A DNA stretch of 30,213 nt from a virus (taxonomy: Duplodnaviria > Caudoviricetes), in the IMG/VR virus record IMGVR_UViG_3300010334_000190, positions 1 through 30,213 of that record. One strand, given 5' to 3'. The position numbers and the translations under genes are program-made. Below, in pieces: positions 25,159 to 30,213 of this stretch. Within the stretch, counting starts at the first letter, position 1; each line of letters begins with the position of its first letter. Below the pieces are notes generated by a model, which saw nothing but the letters and a program-made list of their open reading frames with translations, searched no databases and had not been told where the DNA came from.

Positions 25159-25201
25159 ACGCTACGGCAGAACACCACGGAATCAGACCGGGTGTGCCGT
25201 C
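25159..25201 (-). promoter_or_regulatory. class I late promoter-like motif
   Basis: GACGGCACACCCGGTCT-N20-TAGCGT, 8 nt before the ATG of the head operon. Confidence 0.7.
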
Positions 25202-25610
25202 AGACCTTGACCCAGTCGTTGCCAGATCGCTCGTACTCAACGACGTTGAGCACGCCGAGCTTCCGAGCGATCGCACCAGTGGCAGGAGCAAAAACCGCCA
25301 GAGACTTGTTGCGGTCAATTACGCCGTGAATTACCAAGGCCGCAGACAACGCAAGTGCCATGCACGACGCCCGGTGGCGAGGATCTACAAACATCTCAAG
25401 CGTCTGCGTGTCGTTCCATACGTGTGAGCATGCCCACCCGACAAGAGCGCCGTCCATGTGACAGACCGCGATCGGCGTGCAGCTGGAAAGCTCGCCCTCG
25501 AGCACGCCAGAGACCTCACGCTGGAACTCGCTCTCTGGCTTTGTCAGACGCGAGCGAATGGCAAACAGATCACGAGGCTCCAGGCCGTCAACGCTCACTA
25601 CGGAAATCAT
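25200..25610 (-). CDS. GNAT-fold acetyltransferase-like protein, 136 aa
   Basis: DGALVGWA...LEMFVDPRHRASCMALALS resembles GNAT motif A; ATGA overlap with the terminase stop. Confidence 0.65.
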   Translation of the reverse strand: MISVVSVDGLEPRDLFAIRSRLTKPESEFQREVSGVLEGELSSCTPIAVCHMDGALVGWACSHVWNDTQTLEMFVDPRHRASCMALALSAALVIHGVIDRNKSLAVFAPATGAIARKLGVLNVVEYERSGNDWVKV

Positions 25611-27706
25611 TTGCCGAGCCTCTTGAGTTGGATGACTTTCTTTCCGCCTGGGCCGGATGGGATTGTCACCTTCCGACGCTGCCGGCCACCCGCCTCTGTC
25701 GCCACGGGATGCACTCCAGCAATTGACGCCGCCACGGCAGATCCAACAAGGCAGTCCCACCAGTGATTCTCTCGCCGGTTGTCTAGCTTCCACTCGTCCA
25801 CGACTCGCCCGCGTGCCTCTGTGCGAACCGGGTATTCGCTGGTCAGATGCTCCACAAGCATGTCGTGATCACCAGCGTGGAGCGTGATCGCCTCGGGATC
25901 TCCCAGCGTCAGTCGCAGGCGAGCAGCCGCGAACGTCTTCCAGAAGTTCGTCTCGTAGACGCCGTATCGCTGGTTTGTGGCAGTCTGCCGCATCACCCAG
26001 TTGAGTCCGAGCTTTTCGCCCCTGCCCTTCTTCTCGGTAAGCGACCCGCCGGACGCACCGATACCTTTGCCGTGTGTCGGCAGCAGAGAACCAGTGAACG
26101 TGGACCGCCGGCAGAACGTCCGCACCACCTCGGTTGACTGCCCCCAGTTGGCGTCAATGCACACCTGACGCACTCGCATAGGCACGTCGTCCTCACGCAG
26201 CCAATCCCGTCCGAGCAGGATCTGCGTCAACGACTCAAGGCCAGCTGACAACGCACCTTCAAACCCGGCGCCACGGGCTGCGAGTGCCAACGTCTTCTTT
26301 GCGTTCTTCGCCTCAAAGAACGTGCTGGCTTGGTCAGGATAGGTGCCGTAGGCCACGACGTGACCTCCGAACGATTCGCCCCACGAAGCGACGAGCCAGT
26401 AGAGCAACTTGTCCTGCACGTCAATGAACGCCGTGAGCGTCTGGTGGGAAAGTGGCACGACGCCGCGCGGCAGCGTCAGAGCTCGAGCAACGAGCGACCG
26501 CTTGTCGAGCTTTTCTGACGATATGTCGTCCGCGAGCGGAGCGTTTTGATACTCGGCCATGAACGCAGACTCACCACGGTCTATGCGCAGATTCCAAGCA
26601 TGCTGGATTGCCGTGAGCTCGTCGTCGTGCTTTCGCTCCGGCCACGCCACCCGAGATCCGGCATTCATCACCGCTTGGTTGGCAACGTAGAAAGCGTCAG
26701 CAGCTGCAGTGCCTTCGCCGCTGCGTTGCCCCTCGCGCCGCATCTCGGCGTACTGGCCCCAGAGCTCGTCAGCGGTTGGCCACTCGTAGACAAGCTTTGT
26801 CCGCTCTCCCTGCCACGACGGATGCCGCATCCTGTCGAGAAGCCGGTCAGCCAGGTCGTCAGGCCGAATCACCGTGATCGTTGCCAAGCCGGCAATCTTT
26901 TTGCCCGGCCCGGAGAGCCCGAGGATTGCACCTGAGAGAATGCGTTCACGGGTAGCCACCTGCGAAGGCGACGCTGACGACTCGTCAGTCTGTGGGTCGT
27001 CGATTAGGCACAAGTCGGGACGTATGGTCTTGCCGTCCGGTCGAGTGTGACTGACGCCACGGATGCGGCCCGTGATACCGGCGACACGCACAGCGGCTCC
27101 AGCAGACGCAGCCTTGCCGATCCACGGCAGCGTCACCTTGTCTGCCGTCCATCCCATGTGCGTAGGCTCGCCCTCGCACGTCTGGCCACGCACGCGAGCC
27201 GTGATGCCTTCCAGTGCACGCACCGGGAAGCATGCCGCCGGAAAGTCATCGGCGAGCAGGTCGTTCTGCTCTAGGTGACTCTTGAGCGTGTCGAGCATCT
27301 GGCAAGCGATGCCCTGGTCAGAGCCGATGAGCATGACGAACGAGCGATGTCCGTAGAGCATTGACCAGAGACAGGCCCAGATCGACAGCGTTGACTTTCC
27401 AGAGCCGCGAGGCATTGCAAAGGCGAAGAGCTCGCCACGCAGCACGGCGGCCTCAATCTTGGCGATGGCCGTCAGGTGGTCCGCAGACCACGCGAGTGGA
27501 AAAGACTCGGCACCGTAGACCTCGCAGAACTGGCGGAAGGAAGACCGGCATGAGTCGCGTCGCTTGGCGTTCTTCACCGGCGGAATGCTGCCGATGTCGC
27601 GGCCAGCTGCACCGACCTTGCGTGACCGTTCGCCAGTCCGACGCTTGATGTCGTCGTAGCGTCGCTTGGCGGCATCCTGTCGGTCTTTTTGGTCAGAGCG
27701 AACCAA
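25607..27706 (-). CDS. terL: terminase large subunit, gpA-like
   Basis: Walker A AMPRGSGKST, Walker B LCLIDDPQ, nuclease FIDVQ, CIDAN, ENHWWDCLV; TTG start. Confidence 0.93.
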   Translation of the reverse strand: MVRSDQKDRQDAAKRRYDDIKRRTGERSRKVGAAGRDIGSIPPVKNAKRRDSCRSSFRQFCEVYGAESFPLAWSADHLTAIAKIEAAVLRGELFAFAMPRGSGKSTLSIWACLWSMLYGHRSFVMLIGSDQGIACQMLDTLKSHLEQNDLLADDFPAACFPVRALEGITARVRGQTCEGEPTHMGWTADKVTLPWIGKAASAGAAVRVAGITGRIRGVSHTRPDGKTIRPDLCLIDDPQTDESSASPSQVATRERILSGAILGLSGPGKKIAGLATITVIRPDDLADRLLDRMRHPSWQGERTKLVYEWPTADELWGQYAEMRREGQRSGEGTAAADAFYVANQAVMNAGSRVAWPERKHDDELTAIQHAWNLRIDRGESAFMAEYQNAPLADDISSEKLDKRSLVARALTLPRGVVPLSHQTLTAFIDVQDKLLYWLVASWGESFGGHVVAYGTYPDQASTFFEAKNAKKTLALAARGAGFEGALSAGLESLTQILLGRDWLREDDVPMRVRQVCIDANWGQSTEVVRTFCRRSTFTGSLLPTHGKGIGASGGSLTEKKGRGEKLGLNWVMRQTATNQRYGVYETNFWKTFAAARLRLTLGDPEAITLHAGDHDMLVEHLTSEYPVRTEARGRVVDEWKLDNRRENHWWDCLVGSAVAASIAGVHPVATEAGGRQRRKVTIPSGPGGKKVIQLKRLGK

Positions 27707-27774
27707 GCGGCCCCCGATGGCTAAAAAACATCACAAATATTGCAAGCTCGCGTATGAGGCTTCCGTGTAAAACC

Positions 27775-27815
27775 GCCGGGAGAACCTACCCAAGACCCCC
27801 CCCTGTCAGGGGTAG
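27775..27815. other. candidate packaging (cos/pac) site with dyad symmetry
   Basis: C8 run, palindrome CCCCTG-T-CAGGGG (27800-27812), CTACCC/GGGTAG inverted pair; just upstream of terL. Confidence 0.4.
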
Positions 27816-27991
27816 TGTAGCATTTTGCAAAAACCACTGTTTTTCCCGTGAAAAACGCATGTTTTTGGTGTTTTTGTGCGTTTTTCTCTGGAAATACGCA
27901 TGTTTTTCGTTGCGTTTGTTTTTGGCTTGTTTTCTTGTGTTTTTTGCGTTTCGCGTGCGTTTCGTGCTTGTTTTCTAGGCTTTTTTGTCAT
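27806..27991 (-). CDS. Lys-rich 61-aa ORF, coding status doubtful
   Basis: ATGA-coupled to rusA, but the composition is dictated by phased A-tracts. Confidence 0.35.
   Translation of the reverse strand: MTKKPRKQARNARETQKTQENKPKTNATKNMRISREKRTKTPKTCVFHGKNSGFCKMLHYP
27823..27986. repeat. helically phased T/A-tract array (intrinsically curved DNA)
   Basis: Tracts start at 27840, 27851, 27862, 27871, 27881, 27892, 27903, 27919, 27930, 27940, 27949, 27960, 27971 and 27981. Confidence 0.8.
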
Positions 27992-28398
27992 TGCACTCGC
28001 ACAGTCGTTCTTGCCTCATCGCCATACGATTTTTCAACCACAAGTCGCTGCACAAGCGTGTCGTCGAGCCACACAATCAACGCCAACGCATCAAGCACGC
28101 CTTTTGCGATGTTGTCGCAGTCAGGTCGTGGAAGTTTCGGCGCCGTTAGTTTCACGCCACGCTTTGTCATGTGCGACTTTGGGCGAGCGAATACAGCGTC
28201 AATGACAACGCTCACAGGTTCGCTTGCTGGCTCTGCGTCTCCCATTGCGACAATCGCAGCAGCTGAAATCTCTTCGCGGTAATTGTTGATCGGATGCTTC
28301 TTGGGCGTGTAAGCGTGTGCGAACTTTCCACGAGTCGTGATGCGAGCTCGAGGCTGTGGCACCGGATCGCCTGCAACGCTGAACGTGATCGGCTTCAT
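27988..28398 (-). CDS. rusA: RusA-family Holliday junction resolvase
   Basis: G.PVPQPRAR...RPDCDNIAKGVLDAL...WLDDTLV...EKSY. Confidence 0.92.
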   Translation of the reverse strand: MKPITFSVAGDPVPQPRARITTRGKFAHAYTPKKHPINNYREEISAAAIVAMGDAEPASEPVSVVIDAVFARPKSHMTKRGVKLTAPKLPRPDCDNIAKGVLDALALIVWLDDTLVQRLVVEKSYGDEARTTVRVQ

Positions 28399-28424
28399 GC
28401 ACCAAGCATCGCAGCAGAGTCAAG
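28399..28424 (-). promoter_or_regulatory. class II promoter-like motif (leaderless)
   Basis: CTTGAC tctgctgc GATGCT tggtgc ATG. Confidence 0.6.
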
Positions 28425-28626
28425 CGTTCCAGTTCGACACGTTCAACACCTCATTGTGACTCATCACTGGACGGACGCTGTTGCCTTCGTGGATCTCGTC
28501 CGCAGCGTAAGCGTGGATCACGGCGCCGTTGGCTAGGTAGTAAATGGCGACGCCCACTTGGACGGGCCTGAGAGCGCCGTCCAGTGGGCCGCCTAAGAAC
28601 TCGACTGTAATCCACTCCGTCTTCAT
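28420..28626 (-). CDS. hypothetical protein, 68 aa
   Basis: EFLGGPLDG motif common in small phage proteins; ATGA coupling. Confidence 0.7.
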   Translation of the reverse strand: MKTEWITVEFLGGPLDGALRPVQVGVAIYYLANGAVIHAYAADEIHEGNSVRPVMSHNEVLNVSNWNA

Positions 28627-28937
28627 TCGTAGCGGATAACAGCGAACCAGCCACGCGGGCCGCGAGCGACGCCCTTTTCAACGATGCGGTAGCGGCCACG
28701 CATCGCGTCGTTGTAGAAGCAACACGCACGCTCTGCCGCCTCTGGCGTCTGCCCGTAACCTATGCCCTCTCGCATTCCGTGCAGCACTCGGCAGTGAGTG
28801 AGCCGTCCTGTGCGTGCGTTTTCTTCGGCCTGCTGCTGCGCCGAAGTAATGGTCACCCGCCTGGCGTTGATGATCACGTCATCCGCCTGGGCAACACCGC
28901 AGAACGCCAACGCCATTAGCAAAACAATCCGTTGCAT
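28623..28937 (-). CDS. secreted protein, reduced CAP/SCP-like domain
   Basis: Signal peptide ending AQA; AQQQAEENA..G.LTH...EGIGYG...GVARG..GWFAV; AAGGAG SD. Confidence 0.7.
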   Translation of the reverse strand: MQRIVLLMALAFCGVAQADDVIINARRVTITSAQQQAEENARTGRLTHCRVLHGMREGIGYGQTPEAAERACCFYNDAMRGRYRIVEKGVARGPRGWFAVIRYE

Positions 28938-28960
28938 ACCTTTCGCTCCTTCAAAGCTAT

Positions 28961-29005
28961 GGACGCTCCTGCGTCCGATGAAGTCACGGTATGCGAGGCG
29001 TCAAG
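28961..29005 (-). promoter_or_regulatory. class II promoter-like motif followed by a 5' leader hairpin
   Basis: CTTGAC gcctcgca TACCGT gacttc A, then GGACGC-AGGA-GCGTCC. Confidence 0.6.
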
Positions 29006-29077
29006 CGAGACGGCTACACGCTTGGCACTTGTAGCACCGTTTCCAATGCCCGCCGCAACGATGGCACACGCCGCGAT

Positions 29078-29242
29078 TCATTTCAGTCTCTCCAGTAGGT
29101 TGCGGAGCGTGGCGAAATCGGCCAACTCTAATCGACCAACTATCGCAGCCTCAATCGCCTCCCGCTCCGCGTCGGTGAGCGTTGCCCGAGCCGTATCGGC
29201 AATGCCATGCTTTTCGTGGTTGTTTGCATATGAGTCGCTCAT
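29078..29242 (-). CDS. hypothetical protein, 54 aa (below the ORF-track cut-off)
   Basis: MSDSYANNHEKHGIADTARATLTDAEREAIEAAIVGRLELADFATLRNLLERLK; ATGA-coupled to phoH. Confidence 0.7.
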   Translation of the reverse strand: MSDSYANNHEKHGIADTARATLTDAEREAIEAAIVGRLELADFATLRNLLERLK

Positions 29243-29922
29243 CGTTCCAACTCCTTCAGCACATTCTCAATGATCGGATGCCGCACGATGTCGCTGGCCT
29301 TGAACTCCACAACGCCGACCCCCTTGATGGCGGCCAGGCGTTGCATCACGTCAATCAGGCGTCGCTCGCTGCGTGGCAAGTCGCTCTGGTCAGCGTCTCC
29401 AGTGACGATGACCTTGGAGCCGTCGCCGATTCTAGTCAGGAACAGTTTCAACTGAGAGAATGTTGCGTTCTGTGCCTCGTCAAAGATCATGACGGCATTC
29501 CGAAACGTCCTGCCACGCAGATACGCCAGCGGCGCAATCTTGACGGCTGCACCTACTCGCTCGCGGTCCTTCGTGTGGCCACGCTTCCCGGCGATCCGCT
29601 CAATGGCGTCAAAGAACGGCACCAGGTACGGACCCACTTTCTCCTCGGCGCTGCCGGGCAGGTAGCCGAGTTGTTCCGTGGCAACGCTCGGCCTGGTGAT
29701 CACGATGTGCTCAACGGTGCCAGCCAGCAGCTGCTGCACCGCGTAGCCGCTCGCCAGATGCGTTTTCCCGGTGCCAGCCGGCCCAAGGATGAACGTGATT
29801 GAGTTCCGCCGGATCGTGTCTAGGGCGGCCTCCTGCGTCTTCGTGCGAGGCGTGTAGCCCTCGCCAGGATGTGCAACCGGGGGGGGCCGTTTTTGACGCC
29901 TAGGCTTTTTCTCTTTTCGCAT
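29239..29922 (-). CDS. phoH: PhoH-family ATPase
   Basis: GPAGTGKT, LGYLPG, PLAYLRGRTF, DEAQN, LTRIG, GDADQSD, DIVRHP; start ATG 29922. Confidence 0.96.
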   Translation of the reverse strand: MRKEKKPRRQKRPPPVAHPGEGYTPRTKTQEAALDTIRRNSITFILGPAGTGKTHLASGYAVQQLLAGTVEHIVITRPSVATEQLGYLPGSAEEKVGPYLVPFFDAIERIAGKRGHTKDRERVGAAVKIAPLAYLRGRTFRNAVMIFDEAQNATFSQLKLFLTRIGDGSKVIVTGDADQSDLPRSERRLIDVMQRLAAIKGVGVVEFKASDIVRHPIIENVLKELER

Positions 29923-29927
29923 TGTGC

Positions 29928-30212
29928 TCACGTTAGTCCACGGAAGCCAGTCCCAGTCCACGTATACCGAGGCACGCTGTATCTCTGTTCCTTCGGTTCT
30001 GCCGGTCCTGGCCGTCGTGCTCGACACTCAGCGGCACGCTCGGCAATCTGCTCAGGCGTAGGATCAAACTCCTGCGGCCCGTGCTGCACCTGGCGACGCC
30101 TAGGAAGCTTGTGTATTTCACGCAACTGCGAGACGTACATCTCCGAGCAGCCCAAGGCGGCAGCAATCTCTGGATGAGTCTTGCCTTCCGCCCAGAGCCG
30201 CTTCAGAGTTGT
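29928..30212 (-). CDS. GcrA-like/HTH DNA-binding protein, 5'-truncated by the window
   Basis: Frame is open to the edge: TTLKRLWAEGKTHPEIAAALGCSEMYVSQLR. Confidence 0.7.
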   Translation of the reverse strand, partial: TTLKRLWAEGKTHPEIAAALGCSEMYVSQLREIHKLPRRRQVQHGPQEFDPTPEQIAERAAECRARRPGPAEPKEQRYSVPRYTWTGTGFRGLT

Positions 30213-30213
30213 G

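Noticed and set aside
3696-25201. Repeated AGACCGG..TGCC as CRISPR repeats, att sites or sigma54 promoters
   Set aside because: Dispersed rather than arrayed, always oriented before operons, no integrase seen, and lacks the TTGC -12 element at sigma54 spacing
25611-25793. Longer starts given by the ORF track (25793, also 25318, 5631, 5858, 2785, 30027)
   Set aside because: They overlap upstream genes extensively; downstream ATGs with coupling or SD are more plausible
29006-29077. Possible small RNA/terminator in the intergenic gap
   Set aside because: Only a weak gctaca/tgtagc stem, with no U-tract or tRNA-like fold
1-30213. Alternative genetic code or stop-codon readthrough
   Set aside because: Core genes are intact and tightly packed under the standard bacterial code

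Overview
The window holds the complete late (morphogenesis) region of a tailed dsDNA siphophage, almost all on the minus strand. Read right to left it encodes a GcrA-like HTH protein (partial), PhoH, RusA and a phased T-tract/dyad region (candidate packaging site). Then come a lambda gpA-like terminase, a GNAT-like protein, a gpW-like protein, a lambda-type portal, a protease-capsid fusion, DUF2190 and a head-tail joining protein. A collagen-repeat fibre cassette follows, then tail completion genes, three tandem paralogous small tail-tube-like genes, a tail chaperone with a -1 frameshift, a tape measure and tail tip genes. The left end carries a metallophosphoesterase/DUF6378 operon and a membrane-protein cassette built around a papain-like cysteine peptidase where lysis genes would be expected. 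Two recurrent non-canonical promoter-like motifs punctuate the region: CGGCAnAsCCGGTCT-N19/20-(-10 hexamer), and CTTGAC-N8-nAnnnT-N6-ATG (leaderless). A Planctomycetota host is suspected from recalled protein motifs but is inference only. No integrase, tRNA, CRISPR or recognisable small terminase was seen. All product calls come from motif recognition and gene order, without database searches.
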